This document shows positions 1 through 8,603 of a stretch of DNA of 10,253 bases, piece by piece (the first letter of the stretch is position 1; each line of letters opens with the position of its first letter). The DNA is taken from the NCBI GenBank assembly GCA_018985225.1, contig JADGIF010000352.1, positions 1 to 10,253 of the forward strand, in the 5' to 3' direction. This DNA is from Amoeboradix gromovi X-113. Its lineage: Eukaryota; Fungi; Sanchytriomycota. The translations under genes and the position numbers were made by a program. The notes below the pieces were generated by a model that did no database searches, was not told the DNA's origin, and saw only the letters and a list, made by a program, of their open reading frames with translations.

Positions 1-97
1 AAGCAGATCCTAATCGAGGTGTAGTGTGATCATAGCTGAAGCAGTAAGCACTTTATTGCGTATTCAGAGTCTGGTTTTCCATCTAGGCCATAAAAAT

Positions 98-486
98 ATG
101 AAGATCAGAGAATTTCTTGGAAGCTTATTGAGAAAGGAGAAGGCTAAACCAAGAAATGCATACGACGATTACATCGAACTTAAGAGAATTTTAAAATCAT
201 GTGAGCAAGAACATACTGAGAATGAGGAGTATATTAAGTATTTGGAGGTTGAAATTAAAAGAATGAAGTTAAGCCATGTCGAGGATATGGAAATGATCAG
301 TAAAATGAAAAGGGAGCTGCCAGAATATATTAAGAAAGACCAGTTGGCGTCTCAACAGTTAAAGGCTGAAAGTAGACAAGTAGAAGCACTAAAATCACAG
401 ATCAAAGCCAACTGCAAGTCAAAAATGGGTTTGGAATTGACATTGTTTGAGCTAAGAAATGAGGTATGTATAGCTACTTATAGTAA
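98..486 (+). CDS. Hypothetical coiled-coil protein (122 aa if spliced 98-463 + stop 484-486; 130 aa ending at 490 if unspliced)
   Basis: The first in-frame ATG is at 98; the track's GTG at 26 is an unlikely eukaryotic start. E/K/L/M-rich heptad-like composition. A candidate 20-nt intron (464-483) is followed directly by TAA. Confidence 0.65.
464..483 (+). other. Candidate 20-nt spliceosomal intron (GTATGTATAGCTACTTATAG), phase 0, immediately before the stop codon
   Basis: Canonical GTATGT donor, TAG acceptor, same size class and ACTTA motif as the better-supported introns. No protein homology is available to confirm it. Confidence 0.5.
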
Positions 487-510
487 ATAATAGAAACAAA
501 ACTTATTTTA

Positions 511-1473
511 TTATGCTACCTCAGTAACACTCGACTTGATGGTAATATTGCTGTCGTCTAGAGTCTTTTTTTGAAGTTTTCTACCACTGTACGCATTCTC
601 TATCACTAGCACTATAGTTACAGCAAATATCATGGAACACCCAGCAATGGTGTTCCACTCTAATTGCTCTTTGAACAAAATTACACCAAAAAGAACACCA
701 AAGAATGTATCCATATTTTTAACTAATGTCACAATAGCAGCAGGAACGAATGAGATTCCAATAAACCCAAAAACTTGCCCTACTAAAAACCCTACAGTCA
801 ACAAAACTACTACAGGTAATCCGTCTAACTCCAATTCAGCATTCTGGAAGTACTTTAATGGCACTGCAAACAATAAGTATACGGCACTCATATAGAACAT
901 CAAAGAGAAATAATGAACTTTGTTTGCTAATTGTTTCGTAGCAATTGTTGAGCACGCCATGCATAGAGATGACCCGATTACAGCAATAACTGCATAGTCT
1001 CTGTGTGCATAATAATGCCCGGTTGACATAGCTTGTTTGAATAAAAACGGTGGTCTAGCAGTAAGTATCACTCCGACGAATCCCAAAATCATTCCGATCT
1101 TTTTAAACCAACTAATACTTTCTTTCAAATAATATCTTGCTAGTATCATAGTAAACAGAGGTGCTGTGAACTTTAAAATAGTAGCATCGCTGAGTTCCAT
1201 GTTCACTGCTCCCCAAAATCCTAGCACAAATGTCCCAGTACTAAATATGCCTGCTTGAAGTTGCTTAAAAATGAAGTCTTCGAATGGATTTACTTGGAAT
1301 AAAATGCATCCAAACAGGCTCAACGTTATTTGAGTGGTGGATTGCCATAGAATGATGTCGAACACATCCATATAACCGCTTACCAATTTTACGATTGCAA
1401 CTGATATTGAAATGATAAATGAAGCCAAGAAAAGAGATGATATTCCGAATATCTCAGCTCCAACAGTCGACAT
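511..1473 (-). CDS. EamA/DMT-superfamily transporter (SLC35G / yeast YMR253C-like), 320 aa
   Basis: About 10 hydrophobic segments in two repeats. EamA-type motifs LSDATILKFTAPLFTMILARYYLKESISW and FGVLFGVILFKEQLEW. First ATG at 1473. Confidence 0.88.
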   Translation of the reverse strand: MSTVGAEIFGISSLFLASFIISISVAIVKLVSGYMDVFDIILWQSTTQITLSLFGCILFQVNPFEDFIFKQLQAGIFSTGTFVLGFWGAVNMELSDATILKFTAPLFTMILARYYLKESISWFKKIGMILGFVGVILTARPPFLFKQAMSTGHYYAHRDYAVIAVIGSSLCMACSTIATKQLANKVHYFSLMFYMSAVYLLFAVPLKYFQNAELELDGLPVVVLLTVGFLVGQVFGFIGISFVPAAIVTLVKNMDTFFGVLFGVILFKEQLEWNTIAGCSMIFAVTIVLVIENAYSGRKLQKKTLDDSNITIKSSVTEVA

Positions 1474-1508
1474 TCTGAAAGTAAATAAAAATAAATTTAT
1501 TTGGATTA

Positions 1509-2186
1509 TCAATCATCTAAATTGTCAGAAATAGGCCTTAATGCGTATGATTTAACAGGAAAAAGTTGCTGTGGCCAATTTCCTTGTTTCTGTTCCAAAA
1601 CAACATTTAAGCCAGCTCTGGTGAATAGTTTTTTAAATCCTGCATCTGTTCTTGTAAATGAGTAGTCCAATTCGTCCATGACGATGTCATCTTCTTTATC
1701 GCTTGTTAAAATATTCTCTTTAACTATAATTAAACCATTTTCAGTTAATGCCGACTTACAGCGCTGTAAAAAACATACATAGTCTTCATTAAAAAGCTGA
1801 GAAGACACCCATTGGATCCAAATACAGTCGTATTCTTTGGAAAATTCATATATGTGCAATGAAGAGCAATAATAATCACCAACATTTAAGCCTTTCAAGT
1901 TTATCGATTTAGCATGAGAGAGGAATTTTGCATTGCTTTCTACTAAATCTACAGACTCAAATAGAGAAGCCAGCAAATATTTGGTAACTCTGCCAATTCC
2001 AGCACCACAATCTAAGCAGATATGACTTCCGATGGTAGTTGTTTTTTGAAGTTGAGATACAAACGCTTTAGAGTCCTCAATATCCAGTTCACTAACGTGT
2101 TCAAGCCCGCCTAACATACCGTTATCGCTGCATTCTACTTTTGACCAATATAATGATGCTTTCTCATAAAATGGATCATTTGTCAT
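1509..2186 (-). CDS. NTM1: Alpha-N-terminal protein methyltransferase 1 (NTM1/Tae1/NTMT1 family), 225 aa
   Basis: Family motifs FYEKASLYWS..DNGMLGG, LDCGAGIGRVTK (SAM motif I), YDCIWIQW, LIIVKEN, DYSFTR, LFPVKSYALRP. ATG at 2186 matches the usual start position for the family. Confidence 0.95.
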   Translation of the reverse strand: MTNDPFYEKASLYWSKVECSDNGMLGGLEHVSELDIEDSKAFVSQLQKTTTIGSHICLDCGAGIGRVTKYLLASLFESVDLVESNAKFLSHAKSINLKGLNVGDYYCSSLHIYEFSKEYDCIWIQWVSSQLFNEDYVCFLQRCKSALTENGLIIVKENILTSDKEDDIVMDELDYSFTRTDAGFKKLFTRAGLNVVLEQKQGNWPQQLFPVKSYALRPISDNLDD

Positions 2187-2342
2187 TTGGAGTAAAATAT
2201 GACACACCCTAGTAAAAGTACACAAACTTTTTAAAACAAATACCTGAAAATTGATTAACTAAATGAAAAGACATGCACCATTCTATATTGCTTTTATTTG
2301 AGGCAACAATTAATCGCAGGTTATACCTGTTCTATCGTTTCG

Positions 2343-3212
2343 ATGACAGGCATAAAGGCTAAGGATTTCATTGAATAGACAATTTATTTTGATTATTTGA
2401 GCTCTATCACTCCAATATACTCTTTCTGTAGACTTTGAAGTGCAAATAACATAATTGAAAATAACTGCAAAATTCTTAGTGTGCGGAATCTAAAACAATC
2501 GCATTTAGGAACTGGTTCAAGAATTGAGAGATAAGATGAGCTTAATGTCTAATCAAGTTTTTGATGGTAAAGAGTCGTACTGCCGGAACGACTTTAAGAT
2601 TTAATCCAAGGGCAAGAAAGTTATTTGTTGCATTGAGAAAACTCGTGTTCATGCAGAAACAGTATCGTCTATAGATGGACTTAGCAGCCCGCTTTTTGTG
2701 GAAATTCCTCATTTTTAGATAATTAGAACTTTTTAACGAGGGAAACCAATAAGCTTATACACAGCACTAACTCGATTCCTGATTGGGTTACTAATGCGGC
2801 CCTTTCTTTTGTACTTGTAACTGACATCACCATTAGTAAACCGCTTTCTCTATCTTAATTTTATTTTTTCCGTGATCATATTCATATTCGCACCCAACGG
2901 CTCACAGAGACAAGCTTACAGTACTTCCCTTTCATGAGTTTGGTGTTATAATTGATGATTTTGCGATTAGTGCAACAGTGTTATCGGACTTGTATTATGA
3001 AATTTCGAGCGCTTTTTTGATGAGAACTTGGTTATCCAGTACAAAGTACCTCTCTTTCATGCTGCTTTGACTCTGAGTCTACTCTTCCTACATCAGTTCC
3101 AAAATTCTACATTGAGAAAGTTGAAGCTTGTCATGATAGTGAAAGGCTGCTTGTTTCCATGTGTTTTCGTGTATTTTGTTGTGTTCAAATGTGTTTTTTA
3201 CGTACCACTTAA
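2343..3212 (+). pseudogene. Possible decayed protein-coding sequence of unknown family
   Basis: Successive protein-like fragments in shifting frames separated by isolated stops: ELVQELRDKMSLMSNQVFDGKESY, TNSIPDWVTNAALSFVLVTDITI, VLPFHEFGVIIDDFAISATVLSDLYYEISS, FDSESTLPTSVPKFYIEKVEACHDSERLL. Subjective, with no recognisable domain. Confidence 0.3.
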
Positions 3213-3287
3213 AGGCCAATCATTTTTTCTGAAAATGTTTGACAACTTCAGATTTGGACTATTTAAGAGACATGGCAGTTCAAAGTT

Positions 3288-3437
3288 ATGTTATTATCAG
3301 TACTATTTGTATCTGCATTACCAGCTCAAAAAGAAAATCATTTATCAAAAAGAATGTATGGTATGCCACCACCAATGGGGATGTATGGTGCACCTCCAGG
3401 AATTGGAATGTATGGTATGAGAAGATGGGGATACTAG
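3288..3437 (+). CDS. Small secreted peptide precursor, 49 aa: MLLSVLFVSA-LPAQKENHLSKR-MYGMPPPMG-MYGAPPGIG-MYGMRRWGY
   Basis: ATG 3288 to TAG 3435-3437, not in the ORF track. Hydrophobic N-terminus with VSA|LP signal-peptidase-like site, short propeptide ending in LSKR (Kex2-type), then three codon-aligned 9-aa units. Confidence 0.72.
   Translation: MLLSVLFVSALPAQKENHLSKRMYGMPPPMGMYGAPPGIGMYGMRRWGY
3354..3434 (+). repeat. Three degenerate 27-bp tandem units, each starting ATGTATGGT
   Basis: ATGTATGGT occurs at 3354, 3381 and 3408, an exact 27-nt period, in frame with the 3288 ORF. Confidence 0.85.
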
Positions 3438-3997
3438 ACTCAACAAAACAAATAATAAATATCTTTGGCATGAAATGCGGCTTTATAATCAAGTTTAAGA
3501 TGTCCATTTTGCATTAATTAGATCAGAGCACTCTACTTTTAACTGCGAGTTGCGGATGGGGCATTCCAGTCTCAAGTCATAAATTGCTCCTTTTATTAGT
3601 AAAAACTGCTAAGTAACTGGCAGACATCGCGTTTCTCGTTAATACCAAGCCTATAATTTTTACCTCGATATTTTCTTTGGAAATTTTTGATCCTAACTTG
3701 TTCTATTTCATTTCAATTGTGTTTTCTGAGGTTCTAACGATATACTTACACCCTAGTTAGCATCGCATACAAAACTACTTTTTTAAACCCATTTTATCAA
3801 ATGTATAGAGTTATGACAAGGGCAGACTGTAAAAATAAGATATTTTTGAAGATTTAGTCCATATTTTATCGCCTAGTGACAAGGTCACCTACTTAAACTA
3901 TTATTCTCCTCTGACAACCTGGCTTTTATAGCTTGATAGCAAACATTTACCGACAAAAAGGAGAGTTGCTTTAAGCAAACTGTAAGTTTCTATGGAA

Positions 3998-4282
3998 ACA
4001 TGCGAGACATAAAATATAAAAACTAGACTAACTTTCTGAAATAGTTTGAATCATTATTTCAAGTGTGCATTAACCGATAGTAAATTACATTAAATTAATC
4101 TTATTGGTTGCACCTTTTGCTTAAACACTCAGAGACCCTATATATTTTAAAGAGGGGAAAGACATTAATGAAAGAGAATTGGTTTGAAAGAAGGACTTTT
4201 ATTAATAATAGTACTTCCTCCTCATGGAGCACCTCCTTTAAAGACGACTTGGTCTAGTTTTTATATTTGGTGTCCCATGTAG
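3998..4282. mobile_element. MITE-like non-coding element (285 bp) bounded by imperfect 31-bp inverted repeats
   Basis: 3998-4028 (ACATGCGAGACATAAAATATAAAAACTAGAC) versus reverse complement of 4252-4282 (CTACATGGGACACCAAATATAAAAACTAGAC): 23/31 identical, inner 17 bp perfect. A third copy of the end lies at 10178-10208. No coding capacity between the repeats; no clear target-site duplication. Confidence 0.55.
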
Positions 4283-4922
4283 TTAAATAATAGATTTTCT
4301 TTAGAGCACTACACCTTGTACATGTCTGACTAGTAAATGCTTCATTACACTCAACCTTCGTCTTTCCTCTTTGTTTGCACTTGAACTTCAAGCGTTCTTT
4401 GAATAAATTGTACAATATCGCTTTCCTGGCGTTGAAAGATATCTAATTCTTCCAAGTTTGGACCAGCTTATCAGTGTTGATGAATGTATGCGTACCTGTT
4501 AATTATTTATTTAGAATTGATTTACCACTTGCGAAAAGGAAGAATATCGAGTGTTTAAGCTATTAGAAAAATCTGGAAAAGTCTTGAAATGATACAAAAA
4601 TATATACAAATTCGCGATAAATGATTTATTCAAGAAAATAGTCAAGCTATTTGTTTATGATACGAGACTGGAAGTTCAGAATCTAGACAAGCCAAACGTT
4701 CAGTCGGAATCGCTGTTTTCCCTTGTAATCATTGCTCCAAGTTCTTACATGAACAAGAGTGGAAATTGACTGCTTATTGAATGCTGATATCAAACTTTAA
4801 TCAAATCCCATTTTAGAGGAATTGTCAATACGGTGGAATCCCGAAAAATAGAATTAAATGATTTAAACCATCAGTTCCCTATAGAAAAGCTGTGTAAAGG
4901 GTTTGCAGTCGTCATTTACAAT

Positions 4923-5579
4923 CTAGATGAATTCAGTTTCTGATTTTGCTTTTATATCATCAACAGAATAGCTTGAAAAGCAAAGCTTCTGAGACTCGTA
5001 ATCAGGCTTTGGGAAAATCTGAGACGCTTTTGGGTCCTTGGCATTGGATTAATCAAGATTTTTGCTGCAATGTGCAAATTATTTACATTTTTAAGAATTT
5101 CGAAAGGTCCATCAAAATTTCCTATTTCAATATCGTATGGGTATATCGAAATGCCGTGCACATCTCTTAAAAATGGTATGGTAAATAACTTTTTACGCTC
5201 AATTACAGAAATACCTTTCCATATTTTAGTTTGGAATCTTCCCAGGGCCACTTTTATCTCTTCTAAATTTTTTGTGATATCTGTTTGGTCTGGAAATTGG
5301 AAAGACATCATACACGAAAGAAGTTGATGTAGTTTACATAACAGTCCCGCTTTATGCTATTTCCAGAGACGTCAAGTCATTGAATGTACACTGAGGATGG
5401 CGAAAGACCAAGCTCGCAAAGGAGAAATGAGCACTATGTCGCCCTGTTTGGAGGGTGAAAATGAAGTAGTCTAATTTTTGCTGTGTTTCTACCTGAAAGA
5501 GTAAGTATCCTTATTGGATGAACTTGTGCTGCTATCTGGGTCTCATTTGGAAGATGGGTTTATAAAACTCAACAAACAT
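4923..5579 (-). pseudogene. Possible decayed gene of unknown family, including the 119-aa track ORF 4952-5311
   Basis: Starts MFVEFYKPIFQMRPR* at ATG 5579, continues through several TAA/TAG, shifts into the 5311 ORF, and appears to shift again to AKDPKASQIFPKPDYESQKLCFSSYSVDDIKAKSETEFI*. No recognisable domain. Confidence 0.3.
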
Positions 5580-5732
5580 AAAATAAATTTTGTTGGATAT
5601 GACAGCATTCTTAACAAGAAAATACAAATCACCTGCATTGCAAATTGTTTGTGTGTTTAAGCATCTTGTTTGGATCATTACTCTAAAATAAGATGTGCAT
5701 AAACTTCATTTATTTTGAAACACAATTTATTG

Positions 5733-7691
5733 ATGTCTCATCTCGTATCTAAACAGCAGGTTTTGATAGATTTACTGCTCAAATTTTGTAAGGATAATAA
5801 ACTAGATCTCCCTCGCGATATAGTAGATTTACATCATGAGCTATCCCAAATTATCCTTGGAAACCAATCTGTAAATGTCCGGATAAGTATCGTCCATAAT
5901 ACTAAAGTCGGTTTTGTCATTGATTACACTTCTGGGAATCACACCATCACTCTTTTTAAAAGCGTGGATCAGATATGGTATTTTTGCGCATTGTTACAGA
6001 AGAAGCATTTGAAAAAGAAAGAGGCTTCCAAAGATCCGAAGAAACAACTGAAGTCTAATACACTTGGGAGCAATTCTAGTCTAACAGTTAGTTCTCTATC
6101 TTTATCTAGTGCTCCTATCCCAAATATTGATCTTAAATTGATAAAGTTCCCTGAGAAGCAAGTTTTGTTGACAAATGATCCCCACATGATGGATAAACGC
6201 CGTAAGCAAGTGGATGACTTTCTAAAATCACTTCTTGCTAACTATCCTAATGAAAACATCATCACTGAATTCTTCACTACCGATTTGTATGAGCAACCTC
6301 CAAAACCCACCACAAACTCCACTAGTATCTCCCCGACTAATGGCCCTAGTGCTAGTAATTCTTCTTTCAACTCGCCGTCTAACTCCCTTCCTTCTAAAAA
6401 GATGCCTAGTATAACTTTGCCCCGTCCTGAATCTAATCCTACACTGGTCCGCCCTGAGCAGAATGAATCCACTATAATTGGCAAATCTGGTTATTTGATG
6501 AAGTTTAGCCGCGGAAAATGGAAGCCGAGATTCTATATTCTTGAACAGGATGGTTTGTACGGACATAAAGACAATCATCGCCATATGCTCACGTTTAAGA
6601 ATGCCAGCATCTGCTTGTTAACTGACTATCTTAAAGATCCGGTTGCTCAACAAATTGCTGCCACTCTTTTAATGGAACAGGTACCTAATGTTCTGGTGAT
6701 TTATTATAAACAGCAAGCGCAGTATCTTAAATGTCATTCGAGCTATGACAGGGATGCTTGGTATAAAGCCATAAGTATAGTAATGAACGAGTACGGTAAG
6801 AAACCAAAGTTCAAATGGTTTTGGGGAAGCAACAAGAACAGCGAAGCTAATTTAGATCAATCGGAGCAAGTTGTTCAGCCTATTTTCGGAGTACCTCTGA
6901 AACAGGCTCTGCATTTCAATTTATTGCCCTGCGCTGTTTATAGGTGCATAGAATACTTAGACACTAAGAAGGCATACATGGAAGAAGGTATATATAGGCT
7001 ATCAGGAAGCACTACCACTATGAAGGCGATTAAAGATGCCTTTAACACACAAGGAGACGTAGATTTGTTGCTGCAAGTTTACGACCCACATGCAGTGGCA
7101 GGGGTGTTAAAACTATGGTTCAGGGAACTTCCAGAGAATATATTGACAAATGATCTTCACAAATACTTTCAAAAAGTGAATGAATTAGAAAAAAACAGCA
7201 AAACGGTGGAACTGCGAAAACTAGTAAATATGTTACCTGTAGAGTACTACACCTTGCTAAGGGCATTAATAGCACACTTGCGGATAGTAACCAACCATAG
7301 TGATGTGAACAAAATGACGATAAGTAATATAGGAATTGTATTTGCACCAACATTGAACATCAGTGCTGGCGTCTTTTGCCATTTTATACAGCATTTTGAG
7401 GACATATTCATGGATACGAATATAGAAGACACAGAGAGTATAGAAAACAATAGTGAGTTTAAAGCATATGATGAAGACACTGGCAGCTATTTAGATATAC
7501 CAATGCACAACTTCTTCAAAAATGGAGAAGATGAACAAGACCCAGTAGAGAGCAAAAGAAATTCAGAGTTTGCAAGAAATTCGCTGATTTATGAAGACAA
7601 GTAATTGAATAACTGATTTAGTGTACCTGATTTATTAAAGCAGCTGGAGCAACAATTTAAAAAGACTGAAGATACCCCGCAAGATAAATGA
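5733..7691 (+). CDS. PX-PH-RhoGAP protein, Bem3-like; exons 5733-7600 and 7622-7691, 645 aa
   Basis: PX-like segment (FPEKQVLLTNDPHMMDKRRKQVDDFLKSLL..EFFTTDL), PH domain (KSGYLMK..WKPRFYIL..DRDAWYKAI), RhoGAP domain (IFGVPL, EGIYRLSG with arginine finger, DPHAVAGVLKLWFRELP, NKMTISNIGIVFAPTL). Removing a 21-nt intron extends the C-terminus to RNSLIYEDNVPDLLKQLEQQFKKTEDTPQDK. Confidence 0.92.
7601..7621 (+). other. 21-nt spliceosomal intron (GTAATTGAATAACTGATTTAG), phase 2
   Basis: GTAAT donor, CTGAT branch-like motif next to a TTAG acceptor, two in-frame stops inside. The downstream exon is open for 22 more codons with protein-like composition. Confidence 0.75.
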
Positions 7692-7741
7692 ATAGTAAAT
7701 ATGTTAATGTTTAACCAAAGCATACTAGGCCAAAATTACTT

Positions 7742-8342
7742 ATGCCAGATCTGAAGCTCATAATCGTAGGTGACTCAGCCTGCGGAAAATCAAAGTTACT
7801 GCAGAGATTTTTAAAAGATGAGTATATTTCATACACCAGTAGTACTCATGGTCTATCGCTCTATAAATATAAATACCCATACACGAAATCCCACCTTTAT
7901 AATTCAAAAAATTCAATTTCAATTAATTTTTATGACACGGCTGGGCAAGAAAGATTCAAAGAAATACATCCATCATATTATCATGGAGCACATGGATGTT
8001 TAATGGTTTTTGATTTGGGAAGAAAGTCCACTTATAAACATTTGGAGAATTGGTATAAGGAACTGAGAGAATATAGGCCGCACATACCCATAGTTGTGAT
8101 AGCGAATAAAATAGACGATTATCCCGAGATGACAACAAAGTCATTTGTATTTGCCAAGGATAAGCCATTTTACTTTACAAGTGCCAGGTACCACTTAATA
8201 ATTTAGAGATGGTACAAATGTAGTTGCCGCATTTGAAAACGTAATCGAGGCTGCACTGAAATACGTTATTGATGTCCAGACAGACGACAAGGATGATTTG
8301 TTAGAGCTTCTTAATGATCCAATTATGTTCAGTAAAAATTAG
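7742..8342 (+). CDS. RABL2: Rab-like protein 2 (ciliary/IFT-associated small GTPase); exons 7742-8187 and 8207-8342, 193 aa
   Basis: GDSACGKSKL, DTAGQERF..HPSYYHGAHGC, WYKELREYRPHIP, NKID, KSFVFAK. After splicing it reads FTSARDGTNVV, matching RABL2 FVSAADGTNVV. No C-terminal prenylation cysteines, as expected for RABL2. Confidence 0.93.
8188..8206 (+). other. 19-nt spliceosomal intron (GTACCACTTAATAATTTAG), phase 2
   Basis: Exact removal restores the conserved G5/alpha5 region SA-R-DGTNVV. Retention ends the GTPase at the intron's own TAG. Confidence 0.92.
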
Positions 8343-8603
8343 TAAATTTAATATATCCAAGCTTACGGCTTTATTTAAGTTACTACTGTTAACATTTTGA
8401 TAAACTTATGTAGCCGTATTGGCATGAATCAATGAGAGAAATGGACATCAAACCTGATTGCAGATACAACATCGTTTAATAAATCACTATTTACACAAAT
8501 AAATGCATGGTGCGAATTAGTCCGAAGAGATAATTAAAGTGATTCGCTCCGTTTCTGATTTTATGTCACAAATGAAACTAATGTAGGCCGCTTGTTTCGG
8601 AAA

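Noticed and set aside
44-67. 24-nt GTAAGC...CAG intron-like segment upstream of gene 1
   Set aside because: It would lie in a 5' UTR with no protein constraint to test it, and it is outside the 19-21 nt class.
2209-2227. Minus-strand 19-nt GTTTGTGTACTTTTACTAG that could add an in-frame upstream exon to NTM1
   Set aside because: The donor is GTT rather than GTA, it lacks the -6 A, and NTM1 is already full length from ATG 2186.
511-3437. Transporter + methyltransferase + repeat peptide as a RiPP-like biosynthetic cluster
   Set aside because: NTM1 is a conserved cytosolic/nuclear housekeeping enzyme acting on X-P-K N-termini. The peptide has no such motif and appears to enter the secretory pathway. 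No DUF3328 or protease gene is nearby.
3028-3517. Track ORFs 3028-3420, 3239-3517 and 3286-3507
   Set aside because: No domains and atypical composition. They are better explained as off-frame readings of the 3288-3437 peptide gene and the upstream remnant.
4210-4240. LPPHGAPP-coding stretch resembling the peptide repeat
   Set aside because: Only about 10 nt of similarity, with no signal/KR context, and it lies inside the MITE-like element.
4486-4514. Intron-like GT...ATTTAG segments (17, 23 or 29 nt)
   Set aside because: No donor choice yields a sustained open reading frame.
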